Assembly: GCA_010093745.1 (NCBI GenBank) | Contig: MU005961.1 | Location: forward strand, 1-64,000 | Reading direction: 5' to 3' | Length of the DNA stretch: 64,000 bases | Source of the DNA: Piedraia hortae CBS 480.64 | Lineage: Eukaryota | Shown: one piece after another, positions 1-12,900 of the stretch | Numbering within the stretch: the first letter of the stretch is position 1 | Layout of the letters: each line of letters starts with the position of its first letter | The notes under the pieces: generated by a model | Database searches by the model: none | Told to the model about the DNA's origin: nothing | The model's input: the letters and a program-made list of their open reading frames with translations, nothing else | Translations under genes and position numbers: made by a program

Positions 1-751
1 TTATTAGTAACCGTCGCTCGGCTCTCGACTTCACGCGTCAACTAGTTTTCCGTAGAGATTTGTATGCAGGTACACATCTGCTCACAATTATAATACATGG
101 CCTCTGAGAGCCACGTCACGGTTATCGACAGGCGGTGAGATTGAGAATAGCATTTTCTATTGTGTTATTCAGCGACGAGTCGCATAGGAGTAGATATATA
201 TCAATAAACGGGAAGAAACCAAAAGTGTGCGGAGCAATCGTATCATACCTCGAACTCATTTTCACCGAGAATGAGCCGTAGGACAGATGGCCGGTATCGT
301 TATATGGAAATTGGCATACTACGTATTGTCATTCCAGCAGACCCAATTTCTTATCATGATACCTTTACACCCTCCAATGGCTTCTCCTGTTGTCATAGGC
401 GAGGACAAACTAGTGAAGATCTTGGCCCTACTCTGGAGGTAACACTCTATACACAAAACCAAATTACCTGGGTGGCGAGCTTGCAAACCAAAACAGTTCT
501 GAATATCCTCGTGCGGTTGACTGCCATCTCGCATTGCTCACATCAGGCCATCCATCCATTCGCGTGATCCAAGATAGATCCGTAGGGATCGAAAGGTCAC
601 GCGTTTGAGACGATCCACTCTCCTACCCCAACAAAACCTTCGATCAACAACGCGTGTAGACCCACGGAGAGAAACTCGTTACGATCTGTTCATACGCTAT
701 TTAAGCAAATTTTAGGATCCCAAGCCTCAGATCCTAGCTGCCCAGCCCAGC

Positions 752-1264
752 TCAGCTATCGCTACCACTCCCCCGATTACTGCCACCCTCAAACCGTAAA
801 TTCCTCCCCCCAACCGCACCTCCAACTGCACACGCCACGACGACCAAACACATGACCGTCGCAACAACGCAAAAAGTCCGTGGCTTCATCCCGAATATTA
901 TTCTTGGGGAGCGCGGTTCGGGATCGAAGCCGGTGATGTGGCTTGTGAAGTCATTCCCGTTGGAATAAGTATTCGGCTTCCCTCCATCAGAGGGTCTCTG
1001 GTTTCGGGGTGGGTGGGGCTTTAGCTGGGGATAGTTGTACGATGACGGTGCGGGGTCGATGCTGGTCAGGTAGTCCGAATGTTGTCGACGAGAGGGGGAA
1101 GGGATCATGTTTTCGAGGAAGTGGAGCGGAGGATCCCGCCTTAGATTATTTCGTTTTGCGGCTGGTAAGGGCAAGTCGATCTGCTAAGTACGGGATATAT
1201 GAGAAAGGTGGTGGGGTGGTGGAGGAGGGAGGCTTACATCCTGTGGCGATGAAGAGGAGTCCAT
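752..1264 (-). CDS. Hypothetical single-pass membrane protein, 2 exons (1264-1238, 1180-752)
   Basis: ATG at 1264 (MDSSSSPQD), then a GTAAGC...TAGCAG intron at 1237-1181 that joins in frame to ORF 752..1174. The C-terminal hydrophobic segment RTFCVVATVMCLVVVACAVGGAVGG is typical of fungal membrane-anchored hypotheticals. Confidence 0.55.
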
Positions 1265-2521
1265 CGATGCTATGGCTATCAATTAATATCAACGGTGGAT
1301 GGATTGGGTGCGATAGTTTCGAGAGTTCTTCGTTGTCGTCGATTCGCATGGCGTAAGGAAGTGGAGCAGCATCAGCCTACAAGAGGCCCGAGGCGCGCAT
1401 TGCATGTATGCATGAACTGGGGTCTTCCACAAAAGTAAAAAACGAGGGATTGTAATCGCATTGCCGATTAGGGGTTGGAGTTACACGACGTCGATTATCT
1501 TAACAAACCCCCCCCCCTCCCTCTCCCCCTGCTGCTTATACTCATCCTGGTAAGTGCGGCTTGGGATCGGCGAAACGCTTGGCTGGTCGGGGACGCGTTT
1601 GGCGTCGATGATTCGTATTCAATGGGTGGATTTGAAAGAGAATGTGTACGGGTATGGATGACCTTCAACATAGGACTCTGATGTCTAGATTGGATTATCA
1701 TTCCTTTTGACCAAAAGTGCAGGAATATGTGGCGCTCCGTTCTGCCTGAAGGCTACGTGGAAGACTCCTGCAGTCAGCGGCCGCGTGCCGATGGGTCTTT
1801 TCATTGCCCTAATCGTGTTTTTGTAGTCTGTTTGGGGACTGGGCTAAGATTAAAAGAAATTCTCGTATAATCGCACAAGTTTCCCGATGGAAGGCTGCAG
1901 TTTTCAGTCTCGTTTTGAGCGCACTAGAATGACTGACAATATGATGAGTATTTGACATTCTTCTGCAAAATACCGGGTGAAAGTATGGTTTCATCTTGGA
2001 CTTTCTTTATGGGCCAAGGAATGTCATCCATGCGGCCATGAAGCACTCGTCCGTCTGGGAACCGGAACTCGCCCAAGTCTTGTCAAAGCGGTTGCCTGCT
2101 TAATCGCCTTCCTGGTCTTCCTGAGATGTACTACATGCAGCCATATGCCGAGTTGTCACGCCGATGACGCTGACCTCAGCTTGTTATTCTTGCGTGGCGG
2201 GGGTCACTTTCTGCAGGGCCTACCGTCTTGGTTGTACAACGGCATAATGACGTGCTCGAAGTCCAAGAGCCTCGAGAGCAGTAGGATAAGCGAGGCATAG
2301 TATCTGATCGCCTTCCAGAGATTGATCCTCCAGGACCGACCGATGTGGACGACCGGAGATGTTACTCACTAGCCCTTACGATACTTACTTTAAGGGATGA
2401 AAGGCGGTGGCCCAGAATACTGGACGATGCACAGACATATAATAGTTCTTAACTGACGTATGCATCTGCCATGCGAGGGCTGTGAAGCTATGCCTTGCAT
2501 GTAGATTACTACTACGAACAT

Positions 2522-4189
2522 CTACGCGTTCTGGTCTAAGCCCAGATCATCCTCGGCGGGGACAACACGGAGAGTATTCGTGTGCCCCATCCCGCCGCGC
2601 CACCCCTGGACGCAGACGACAGGATCGCCTTTGGCCAAGACGCCCAACTTAATGGCATTCATTATGCCCCACTTGAGGCGGTTGTCGACATCCTCCTGCC
2701 ACGGCGTCTCCTTGAAGTTGGGTTTCTCCTTGGGATAATGAAAGGGGTAGACGCCACGATAAAGGTGCGAGTACCTCGACGCACGCGCATTACGCGTGAC
2801 CATAATGATCGGGCACACGGGGCGATATTTGGCGATCAGGCGCGCCGTATTGCCACTGCTGCTGTTAGCAAAACGACATTACGCTGAAGTTACTTACGAG
2901 GTCGTCAAGCACAAAATTGCGCCGGCGTTCTGCTCGAGCGAGGCGCTGACGGCGGCCATGCAGCAGGTCTCCGTAGTGGCAACGGGGCGGGCGACGACGC
3001 TGCGCAGTTCGTCGAATGCCGTAATGTACGGCACCGCCGTCTCTGCCAGCAGGCAGGTCTCATGCATCATCGCAACGGCCTCCTTGGCGTAATCGCCTTT
3101 GGCCGTCTCGCCAGAGAGCATGACGCAGTCGGCGCCGTCAAGCACCGCATTTCCCACATCCGACACCTCAGCCCGCGTGGGTCGAGGGTTGTAGGTCATG
3201 CTTTCGAGCATCTGCGTGGCGCAGATCACTGGTTTCCCGGCAAGGTTGCACCGGCTTATCATCATTTTTTGTGCAATAAAGACTTGCGCCGGCGGTATTT
3301 CAATGCCCAGGTCACCCCGAGCCACCATAACGCCGTCGGTCACAGTCAATATGTCCCTGAAGTTATTAACGCCTTGCTGGTTTTCAATTTTGGCGATTAT
3401 TTGAATGTCCTTGCCCGCATCGCCGAGAACCTGGCGGATGGCGAGGATGTCCTCCTTGCGGCGGATGAATGAGGCAAATATCATATCGACGCCATTTTTG
3501 ACGCCGAACTCGAGGTCTGCCTTGTCTTTCTCCGAGAGAGCAGGAAGATCGACATCTGTCTTGGGGAGATTCACACCCTTCTTGCTACAGATTTTGCCAT
3601 TGTTAATGGCCCTGCAACGAAGAGTCTTGTCGTCGACAATGTCCAAGACCTCAAAGGCGAGAACGCCGTCGTCAACGAAAATCGTACGGCCCTTGCTCAT
3701 CACCTTGGTAATGTTTTTGTAATCGACATACATGTTTTTGTCGTCACTGGCCTTGGCGTACTTATCGTCAGTGGTGATGTTGAGCTCGGTACCTGCCGAA
3801 ATGGGAATGTCCTTGTCACCTGGCGTGTTCCCGGTGCGGATTTCGGGGCCCTTGGTATCGAGAGCAATGGCGAGGGGCCGGCCAGGCTGTTGCTTCTCAG
3901 CTTGACGAGCATTGTCAATGACAGACTGATGGTATTCATAACTGCCATGCGAAAAGTTCATGCGAACAACCGTCAATCCAGCAGCGCGAAGAGTCATGAT
4001 CTTTTCAACTGAGTTTGTCTTCGGTCCTGCGACATCGTCAGTTGCTTCTTTATCCCTCGGGAGAGGCTTACCGATCGTGCCAATAATACTAGTACGGCGG
4101 TATTCGCGTTTAGGCTGGTATTCGGTGTTCAGATTGGCGAGCCATTCCACGCGAGTCTTGCCAAACTGCTGATGGTCAAGACTAGCCAT
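2522..4189 (-). CDS. PYK1: Pyruvate kinase
   Basis: Motifs [75 protein letters not shown]. Introns at 4071-4027 (45 nt) and 2897-2856 (42 nt). ATG at 4189 (MASLDHQQ). Confidence 0.97.
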
Positions 4190-4564
4190 TGTGAGTGGTT
4201 TGCAGGAAGATTTGGGTGATGTAGTAAAGGAAAGTGGTGTGGTAAGGCAACACGGTGGGTGGTGGGAACAGGAAGCTTGCGGAGAAGAGGGGTGCGTATG
4301 TTGCAAAAGGCAAAAGATTTGATAGCGGGGGGTTCCTATCTCAATCCTCTGACATGGTGACGTCGCTTGACCCCGCCAACGTTGTCATCCCGCTAGGGAC
4401 GGGCCGTTGCAGGCTTGAGTGAATCGTTGTACGGCCAGATCCATCACACGCTATCACACGTCGAGACTGTGTAATTGACGTCTCGAGCTCATCCAGAACC
4501 AGCTACAGAATAGCGCCATATCATTGACCAGTCTGATAAATTTGCACATTTCCATCTTTTAACC

Positions 4565-4900
4565 ATGGTTGTACGCGCTTTCAACAGACTTCTCCCGGCT
4601 ATCTCTCTAACTGCACCCAGCTCGGTCGCCTTGCTCACTACACTTTTGACGCCGTTCTGTTTTCCGCATTTCTGGCAGGGGTGAAGCGGTCAACCGGTCT
4701 CACGTATGTTCCCCACCATCCATCAGACGCGCTGGTATCCCTCTGACCCTAACTACAGCCCTAGTATTCGGACAGAAACATTCTCCGACTCTCCAAGCGT
4801 CAAGAAGTGGGTAGACAACTATTTATGGTTTGGCGAGACCATTATGGATCAGAGTGTGGCACTGATGAGTGCAAGCGGTTACTTTGAGCGAAAGAGATAG
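4565..4900 (+). CDS. ATG44: Mitofissin Atg44/Mdi1 family (DUF1748) small mitochondrial fission protein, 3 exons
   Basis: Exons 4565-4570, 4621-4703 and 4759-4900, with GT-AG introns carrying CTAAC branch sites. Spliced product (76 aa): MVLGRLAHYTFDAVLFSAFLAGVKRSTGLTPSIRTETFSDSPSVKKWVDNYLWFGETIMDQSVALMSASGYFERKR. This matches the remembered yeast Atg44 pattern (G.L.H...D.VL.S..LAG.KR.TGL.P ... YL..GE...D.SVA....S.YF.RK). Confidence 0.85.
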
Positions 4901-5116
4901 CCCTCGACTGCTAACGTGGCGAGAGACTTGCCATATGTAGTTGTAGATGTACTTACCATCTGATAGCCATGGACCCAAAACACAAAACGTACGAGACAAT
5001 CATTTTGATACGCCGGGCTACTCGAAAATATCGGTGCGCCAGCAGTCGACGTTGGTGACCGCTCGACGCCATCGCATAACCCAGCTCCTCGAATGATCGT
5101 CATCTCATTGCTCGCT

Positions 5117-5697
5117 TTAAAACTTGTTGAATTGCTTCACAGCTTTTCCGGTTCTCGGCAGCACACGCAGAACATTGAAACGAACCTTAAATAGTCAGCA
5201 TGAGAAGAGATATTCCGTCAAGGGGGCCAACATACAGTTTTGCTGAGGGGACGGCACTGGCCTACCGTGACCTGATCACCCTCTTCAACACGGAAAGCCG
5301 GGCTCACGTGAGCGGCGAGGTTGTTGTGTCTTTTCTCGTAGCGCGCATATTTTGGTACAAAGTGCAAGTACTCGCGGCGAATGATGACTGTGCGGTGCAT
5401 CTTAGTAGACACGACGGTGCCGGTCAGAATGCGGCCGCGGATGCTGACAAGTCCGGTAAAGGGGCACTTCTTATCTAAGCAATGTTAGTCCTCTGAACCT
5501 CCTGAGCAGTGCACACAATGCATACCAATGTAAGAGCCCTCGATGGCCGTCTTCGGAGTGCGGAACCCCAGTCCAACGTCCTTGTACCATCTCTTTCCGC
5601 CCTTGCCCTTCTGTTTGGACTGCACCTTTGAATTGAGGAAGATGTGCGGCTGTTTCTGGAAAGCGCGCTCGCTCTGGACCGTGAGCTCGGTGGCCAT
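5117..5697 (-). CDS. RPS11: 40S ribosomal protein S11 (uS17)
   Basis: [20 protein letters not shown]...[28 protein letters not shown]...[26 protein letters not shown]...[15 protein letters not shown]. Introns at 5525-5475 and 5235-5186. Confidence 0.97.
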
Positions 5698-5908
5698 GAT
5701 TGCTGCGTTGTCAGAGGTGTAAAAGTACGTTGGCGTCGCCGTGTGGTGCGAAATGTGGGCCGGCTTGGCACTATGCCTGAGGCTTGCTCGGAAAACCTCC
5801 CTTTTTTGGCCTGCAGCGACGCGGGCGACGCGGGGTGTTTTGTTTACACTTGCAACCCAAGCAACGTCGATGCGACAGCCACATCCTACATCCTGATACT
5901 GGCGCAAC

Positions 5909-8900
5909 ATGGACAAGGAAAATCTCGCGCCTCAGTACTCTGGTCGCGCGCGGACAGGGCCGTTCGCCGGCAAGAAAGAATCAAAGGGGCGGAGCAAGAG
6001 CATCGGACCGGGGGGATTGGGCCAGAGCAGTGTGAAGAACGATGTCAAATTCGATGCGAAGGACCGACGCAAGTCGGCATACGCGTCGGCTACCAAGTCC
6101 ATCATTTCCAGTGAACAGGAGAAAGCCGAGCGTCAGGCTGCACGTCGTAAGACACTGGCAAACCGACGCGTCTCGTTCGCGCCGGAAGCAACTCTGCACA
6201 CATGGGACGTTATTGAGCTCCCTCAGGACGCTACAACATCTACGGAATCGTCGGATCACACTCAACGGGCGCGTTACGCGCTGGAGCAGGAGGAACTTCT
6301 TCTGGAACCTCCCAATGAAAGCGAACAGGGGCTCTTCAACGAAATCATGCAAGAAGAAGACGATGTTGAATTAGACGACCATGTAGAGCATGGATCATTG
6401 GCGAGAGCAGACAACGTCACAGTTACCATCGCGAGTTTGGAGAGCGAGAGCCCTTCCAGCACAAATTCCAGCGCCCGTCTGGAGGCTGCATTAAGGCAGG
6501 CAGCCCAGACAGCGGGAACGCGCGGGATCGAATTCGATGAGTTTGGCGATGACGATGTTTCAATGGAACTGGCAGAGGAAGAAATCACAGCCGCTTTCAA
6601 GCCCTGGGCCCGGCACGTGTATGCTAGTGACGAGAACGCCAGTCCCTTTGCAAGTGCAACGAAGCTCTCCAATGACGACGACGACGATGACTCTGATCAA
6701 AGCATGGATGTAACGCGCGCAGTTGGGCGCATTGTACCCGCGCCTGAAGCTGCCATGGAGGAAGACGAATCTGACGACGCCAGTATGGATGTTACACAAG
6801 CTGTTGGTGGCATACTGGACGATGATCAGACTGAGGGCGCGTCCATGGATCTAACCAAAGCCATTGGCAAGATCCAGGGCTCGAAGAGACGGCGTTCAAC
6901 AACAGAACTGGGCTCGCCAATCGCCTCTTCCCCAGCTGCACAGGCTAAGCGACGACAGCTGACAGCAATTGGCAACGGGCTAATGGCGAGCGTCCAGAAC
7001 GGGTCTCCTACAAAGCCCGGCCGCCGAAGGAGCCTCCGGTCTCGGACTTCTGGCATGTCAGACCAGGAGGGCGCCACGATGGACCTCACGCAAGCCGTCG
7101 GTCGCATCCAGGATGCCGACAGCACCTCATGGAGCCACGATGAGAACGAGGATCTGACTCTGGAGAGGGTACCAGCCCTTGGACGCATCAAAATAAGCGA
7201 CAATGGGCCGTCAACTCCAAAGCATCAGACGCCTCTCAGCGTGCGGTTGTCGCCCAAAGATCCTGAACGCTTCATCGAGCCTCCAGACTCGGGTCCTAAG
7301 AAGTTGCTCACGCCAATCCTTCAGAAGCAGGTTAACCGTTCTGCCGAGAAGATGCCCTCATCAGACAGACGTCGACAGACGATTGCTCCGAGCAAAGTCT
7401 CCTGGACGGGTGCTGTGTTTGATGAGACGAAGAGTCCCAAACCGCAGGCTTCAACGTCTTCCCATCAGCTGCGAGCATCCAGCCGGTCACCGCGGCGACC
7501 TAGTCCGTTCGACGAGACGCAAGTGAAAAAATCGCCCAGTGCCGAGCTTACGGCGTCCATTCGTTTAATGTCGACTCCACGGAAAGAGGCGTTGAAAAAC
7601 CTGACCCCAAAGAAGGGAACATTGCAGTTGAGTCCTCCAAAGATGAGCACTTCAACTATCAAGCTCAAGGAGCCTACTCCCGAGCTGCCAAGCAGTCCGA
7701 AAATGTCAATTCAGCAATTCCTGGACATGGCTAATATCCATTTCATGGACATGACGGCTACAGCTCGACGTGCAACCATGTCCCGAGCCCCCTATGCCCA
7801 GGCCGATGAAGAAGGGCAGGTCAGTCTATCCGACGCTGTCGTAGCTGCCGCCTGCATACAGCCAGAGCATGACATGTTCCAGCACGCGTGCCATGAGCTC
7901 AAGCACTACATCAACGAGGGAAAGCAAGTAATCCAGCGGCTGGAGGCACAGGTGTTGCGGGAGACGCCGCCACTGATGGCTGCTTATAGCAAGGCCACTG
8001 GAGCACAAAAGGCCGAGCTTGACGCCAAACTGCGCGACATCAAGATGCACGCTCGTCTCAAGAGCAAGGAAATGTGGTACTCTTGGCGTAGCCAGCTGCT
8101 TGATGATCTGCTAAAGGGTCTTTCTACCATTGGTGAAGGCATGATCCAAGATGATGAGACTCTGAGAAAGGCAGAAGAAGTCGTAAGGGTGAAGTTGCCG
8201 CCTCTTCTTGAAACGTACAAAGAGCTGCAGCGAAAGGAAAGCCAGCTCCTAGAGGCTGCAGCAGCTGTCAAAGAAGAAGATCAAGACAAACTCCAACATG
8301 CACGGTCCCGCCTCATGCAAGCAGACGCCGAGATTGAAAACAAGAAGAAAATCCTAGCGGAGCTCAAGCAAAAGAAACAGGAAATCTCAGCCAGACGGAC
8401 AGAAGTACAGGACCGCGTGGATGAATGCAAGAATGTCATTGCCGAGAGCAAACGCAGGCGTGAAGCCACTCGCGGCTTCACCATTGACGAGATTGACCGT
8501 CTCAATGCGTCCATCAAGGAAAAAGAAGCCAAGACTGGTTGGAACATTGTAACGGCGTGTGACGAGCCGCCCAGCGTGACGATGAACTACCGATCGCATC
8601 TGCAAATATTCTTCAATGGCTGCGCCTTTGCTAACGCGAAGCCTTCGATGCGTCCCGCTGACAACGCCAATGGGCCCATCAGCCTCACCTACATTGGCAA
8701 GCCCAAGCTCACCACAACTCTGCGATTCTTCCTCCAGCTCATACGTGCCCGTCTGCACGCTCTGCCCCAACACCGCACCCAGACTTCCAGCATGCTGAAG
8801 ATGGTTAGTAGTGGCTGGGACGTTGCGACTAAAATCGCAGAATTCGAGGCCGGCGTAAACGAGCGAAACCTCCTGAACACACGTATCGTCAGCGACGAGC

Positions 8901-9175
8901 ACCTTTCCGTTGCGGCAAAAGTCCTCATCATTGCCGCCAAGACGCGACTGAGGGTTGTTTTCGACGTACATGTCGCAGGCGACGATGTGCTCCAGCTCAG
9001 CGTGAATACGAGCGTCAGTATCGATTACGGACGTGCAAATAAGATCGAGCTAAATGATCGGTTGGGGAAGATGGTTAACTCGGAAAGCCGGACTTGGGGG
9101 GATGCGGTGGAGGAGTTGAAGAAGTTATGTTTAAAGATGAATGAGGGAGATGATGGCGTTGAGGTTGTTTCGTAA
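5909..9175 (+). CDS. SPC105: Kinetochore scaffold Spc105/Spc7/KNL1
   Basis: 1088-aa intronless ORF with the N-terminal RRVSF PP1-docking motif, MELT-like repeats ([36 protein letters not shown]), and a C-terminal coiled coil plus Spc7-type region ([27 protein letters not shown]). Confidence 0.93.
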   Translation: MDKENLAPQYSGRARTGPFAGKKESKGRSKSIGPGGLGQSSVKNDVKFDAKDRRKSAYASATKSIISSEQEKAERQAARRKTLANRRVSFAPEATLHTWDVIELPQDATTSTESSDHTQRARYALEQEELLLEPPNESEQGLFNEIMQEEDDVELDDHVEHGSLARADNVTVTIASLESESPSSTNSSARLEAALRQAAQTAGTRGIEFDEFGDDDVSMELAEEEITAAFKPWARHVYASDENASPFASATKLSNDDDDDDSDQSMDVTRAVGRIVPAPEAAMEEDESDDASMDVTQAVGGILDDDQTEGASMDLTKAIGKIQGSKRRRSTTELGSPIASSPAAQAKRRQLTAIGNGLMASVQNGSPTKPGRRRSLRSRTSGMSDQEGATMDLTQAVGRIQDADSTSWSHDENEDLTLERVPALGRIKISDNGPSTPKHQTPLSVRLSPKDPERFIEPPDSGPKKLLTPILQKQVNRSAEKMPSSDRRRQTIAPSKVSWTGAVFDETKSPKPQASTSSHQLRASSRSPRRPSPFDETQVKKSPSAELTASIRLMSTPRKEALKNLTPKKGTLQLSPPKMSTSTIKLKEPTPELPSSPKMSIQQFLDMANIHFMDMTATARRATMSRAPYAQADEEGQVSLSDAVVAAACIQPEHDMFQHACHELKHYINEGKQVIQRLEAQVLRETPPLMAAYSKATGAQKAELDAKLRDIKMHARLKSKEMWYSWRSQLLDDLLKGLSTIGEGMIQDDETLRKAEEVVRVKLPPLLETYKELQRKESQLLEAAAAVKEEDQDKLQHARSRLMQADAEIENKKKILAELKQKKQEISARRTEVQDRVDECKNVIAESKRRREATRGFTIDEIDRLNASIKEKEAKTGWNIVTACDEPPSVTMNYRSHLQIFFNGCAFANAKPSMRPADNANGPISLTYIGKPKLTTTLRFFLQLIRARLHALPQHRTQTSSMLKMVSSGWDVATKIAEFEAGVNERNLLNTRIVSDEHLSVAAKVLIIAAKTRLRVVFDVHVAGDDVLQLSVNTSVSIDYGRANKIELNDRLGKMVNSESRTWGDAVEELKKLCLKMNEGDDGVEVVS

Positions 9176-9579
9176 CGTTGGGACTGGGTCATTGTAATCA
9201 GGCACGGCTTCACGGCGTTTGGTATTGGAACGAGATGAATTTGCATCACCGCAGTGTGGTTTTCTATTGCCCAGGTGTTTCACTGGTTAACTGTAATGCT
9301 TTATCCTTCCCTGTACACCGTGATCAGGAACTCTTGTCCCTTACTGGCTGAAACGTTCATTCCCAGCTGTCGAAACCCAGCCCTCGACATCTCTCACAAA
9401 AAGCCCCTCGTGTAAAACCCTCCTGGCCAAGAATATCATCCATCATCCAAAGAAATTACTAGCTTTTGAAAATCCCAGTCCGCACTTGCCCACCACCGCG
9501 CAAACTCCCCACCTCCCTCAGCTTACGTCACCACTCTTCCCAACCTCATCCATCCCCACCAACCTCCCCACCTCAAACC

Positions 9580-9942
9580 ATGTCCCAGCTACGCGCCCTC
9601 CTCCGGGGCTCACAACCCGCGAGACTAACCCCTTTCCACCAACCCCTCCCTCACAGCATCATACACCGTCGCCCCTTCTCCACCCCGAGGAGCTACACCC
9701 CGGAAGACATCACAGAACTCTACGCCACGGCGCGAGATGAATTCGAAATCGCGGCGGAGGAGACGCAAAGAGGCACAACTTACGCCGCTGCGGATAGGGA
9801 AGCTGCGAGGGAGGAGTTGGATAAACTGCTAAAAGCGTGGGAGGTTGTGAAGGATGAGCCGAGGTTCGGGAATGTGGGCGTCAGGATTAGGGAGTTGGAG
9901 GAGGCTGTTAAGGGTTTGGAGGGGGTAGGGAGAGAGGGATGA
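9580..9942 (+). CDS. Small conserved-looking fungal hypothetical protein, possibly mitochondrial
   Basis: ATG at 9580. An Arg/Leu/Ser-rich, acid-free N-terminus resembles a presequence and is followed by the helical segment EDITELYATARDEFEIAAEETQRGTTYAAADREAAREEL. Confidence 0.7.
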   Translation: MSQLRALLRGSQPARLTPFHQPLPHSIIHRRPFSTPRSYTPEDITELYATARDEFEIAAEETQRGTTYAAADREAAREELDKLLKAWEVVKDEPRFGNVGVRIRELEEAVKGLEGVGREG

Positions 9943-12900
9943 ATGAATGAATGAAGTTGATTTGATGGGTGGGTGGTGCTGCGGGGTTCCATTGCGATTT
10001 GATGGTTTTGTGGTAGGCTTCGCTTCAATGGGGACGAGGGATGGTTGGGCGGTGATATGTATATAGTAGCTCGGATTAATGTGATTGAACTTCGGCAAGG
10101 GCTTGGGCTTGTGTTGTAAAGATGGCGGGTTTTGTGTTGCCGAGATTTATCGCAATTCTTCGGATTACCTGGGACTCAAGCGTCTAGCTGCGGGAGAATG
10201 CGTGTGGTGCTATGTATTACTTGGGTAGGCCCTGAAAGATCATATGGAGCCGGAGATTAGGACAGTGTCCGCTTGCGTTATGTTCGAATGTCCCTGCTGT
10301 GGGCAGTATCTATTCTGTCTGCGTTACTGTCTTGCCATGCTGGAGAGGGACCGTTCTCTTCTTCCCTTGCTCGGCTGGAGGGGTCTTAAAAAAGGGGTGT
10401 CAAGCAAACACTGTCCACAGGGCTAATGTGAAGCACACTGCATGGACAACTCTGCACTCGTTCGTCATATTGTCCTTGTCCGTCTTCAGGTCATCGTTTT
10501 GCATCCCGCAAAGCTGGACATACCAACAACTTCTTGAGAACTTTACAATGACATGTTCACAGTTGCGAATATCAGACACAAGCGTGATGGGTGAAGTTGA
10601 ATCTGAAATTCACATTGCAAAATTAACTACTCATATCCAACGCTTCCGCTTGGAGCCCAAGTTGAAAATCGCCTACATACATGCAAGAAATCAACATCCA
10701 AAAAAAAAAGCATTGCGTGAGGGAAGAGCTCTGGGCATCATCTTTCGAATTGTGTTCGTTCTGCAGGCTCGTCCCGGATATGTGCACAGAAGCACACAGA
10801 GACACGGCTGCTGTTACCATGAAGTGATTTCGTGCCCCTATCGACTGGATGTCATTCTTCAGCAATTTGGACCACGAGGCCTCCATGCGTGATCAATGGA
10901 ACCAGTCACGGCGCGGTAAACAGCCTATTATTTTCCTTACTGCTGATTGAAGAACTTTGCCATTTAGCGGATAACCATGTACAAGACCCGTGTCTATGAC
11001 ATCAAACTCTGATCACACAAAAATCACAAACAAGGCCGACTCATAATATGATCTGAGCTTTAGAGCCTTTTACAACCGTAAACAACAGCAGAAGTTTGGA
11101 ACGGCTTGGCACGCTAGATTAGTCGGATTAGTCGGTGCGAACCTTTGGCAAAACCTTTCCAAACATACATTGTGTGCTTTGGTTTTAGAGACACCATCTC
11201 ACTCGTTTGATCGAGTGAACGCACGCATGGATATACTTTACTACATTTCTAATTCAACTCAAGTGGATGTGCATTAGTTCTCGATATGGTCTTTCAACGA
11301 GTCTCGTGAAATTTTGAAAGCTTCGCTTGGAGACCAGTCGAAGGCGTATTGTCACCCACCAAAACATATAGAGTGCGAAGCTGGGATGCTTGGCAGTCAC
11401 CCATACTGATGGGAGTATATAATATTGCCTTTGCGGCCTCACCCAACGTTGCTTCTAATGATCGAAGCATGATACCAATACCTTGGCATCGCCAATCCAA
11501 TGATCATATGGGTTCCAGATAGTGCGGCAGGGGTGTAGTTGCATTGAAAATTGCACGACATGCTTGGCATTCATGGCATATATAAAGCTACGTGGGCAGT
11601 GCTCGAGACAACCTTGTGGTAGATGTTGGGACAGAGATATAGCCGTTGATATTGTCTTGTGCTAGGCACAAAGATGTTGGAATGTCACTTGGCAATACTC
11701 AATATCTCGTCCAAAACAACTTGTAAAGCGGTACGAAACTTCTTGCTCCGACCCAATTCACGGAAAATTCAACCTTGGAAAGACGAGAGATCGGTTATGA
11801 ATGCACCAACCCAATCTATACGAATGTTGATCAAGAGGGTGACAGGCGCGATAAAGTCGAATGGCTGTGCGGATAGCCGGACTATGGAACATTGTTCGTT
11901 ATCGTTGCCGCTGCCAATGACAGTAAGTTTCCTGTTGGATTCAAGCATCGCCGCTAGCGCGTATGCGGGGCACTTGCATAGCAAGTCAGCGATACCTCTT
12001 ACACTACCAGCTGCACCCTAGGTTTATCCCTCACAGAGGTTTTCCCCCAGGGTCATGTCATATGTGACATGGCGAATGCGCCCTGCTAGTGTACGATGTG
12101 ACGTCACCGGCCCCCGGTACAGAATCTTTATTCTGTACGTCCCCTCGTTTTGAGATAGATAGTCATTCACACTGTCACATCGACACTGATATTGACTCAT
12201 ATCCATCTGCTTCTGTCCTGTCCCTGTTCTCAATTTCCGTCTATCGCTTCGTCCTCTTAGTTCGGGACGCTGCGCACTCCTATCAACGAGAGCCTTATCG
12301 CTACATTTCCTACCATGTGATCTCAACGCCCCAGCCCATGAACTAGCGGAACGAGGCACCACATCACGAATATAATCTCATCACATCTTCACCAGCCAAA
12401 AATCGCACTAGTGAAATGCAAGCTCAGAGTGGAGGAATCAACACGTGAGTCTAGCATATATCTACCGAGAAAAATATACAGCAAGCTCCGCTCTCAGTCG
12501 CTCAGGCAAACTCTTCGAATAGAGTCTGTACAATAACGCCCAGAGAGACCAAAGACCACAAAGCCCCTTGAGTTTGAATCCGACACAGCAGTCTTACCCA
12601 TAGAAGGAGTTGACTGTCACAACATTGCACTTCCCACGAAGGTAAAGAACGTAGCGCTGGCAAAACCTCGTTGCTAAAAACATCAACCGGACTGGGTTTC
12701 CCAATGAGGAGTTCCTCAGGTATCGTTCCATCTGCCAACCCGGGATGGAATAAGCTCCCACAAGGACAACGATCACCTGAGACACCGGTCAAGACCAATC
12801 CTCAATAATAGTGTGAAGCCACGTTGCTATGAACATGTAAGCACAAATCGCACCGAGTTTCGTGATGATGAGTTTCCCACTTCTTACAAGCCCAGCCATT

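Noticed and set aside
4190..4306. N-terminal extensions in the ORF track (PYK1 here; also PIL1 20297-20362, BRCT 59920-59982, 9466-9579)
   Set aside because: They begin at TTG/GTG upstream of the first ATG, in UTR-like sequence.
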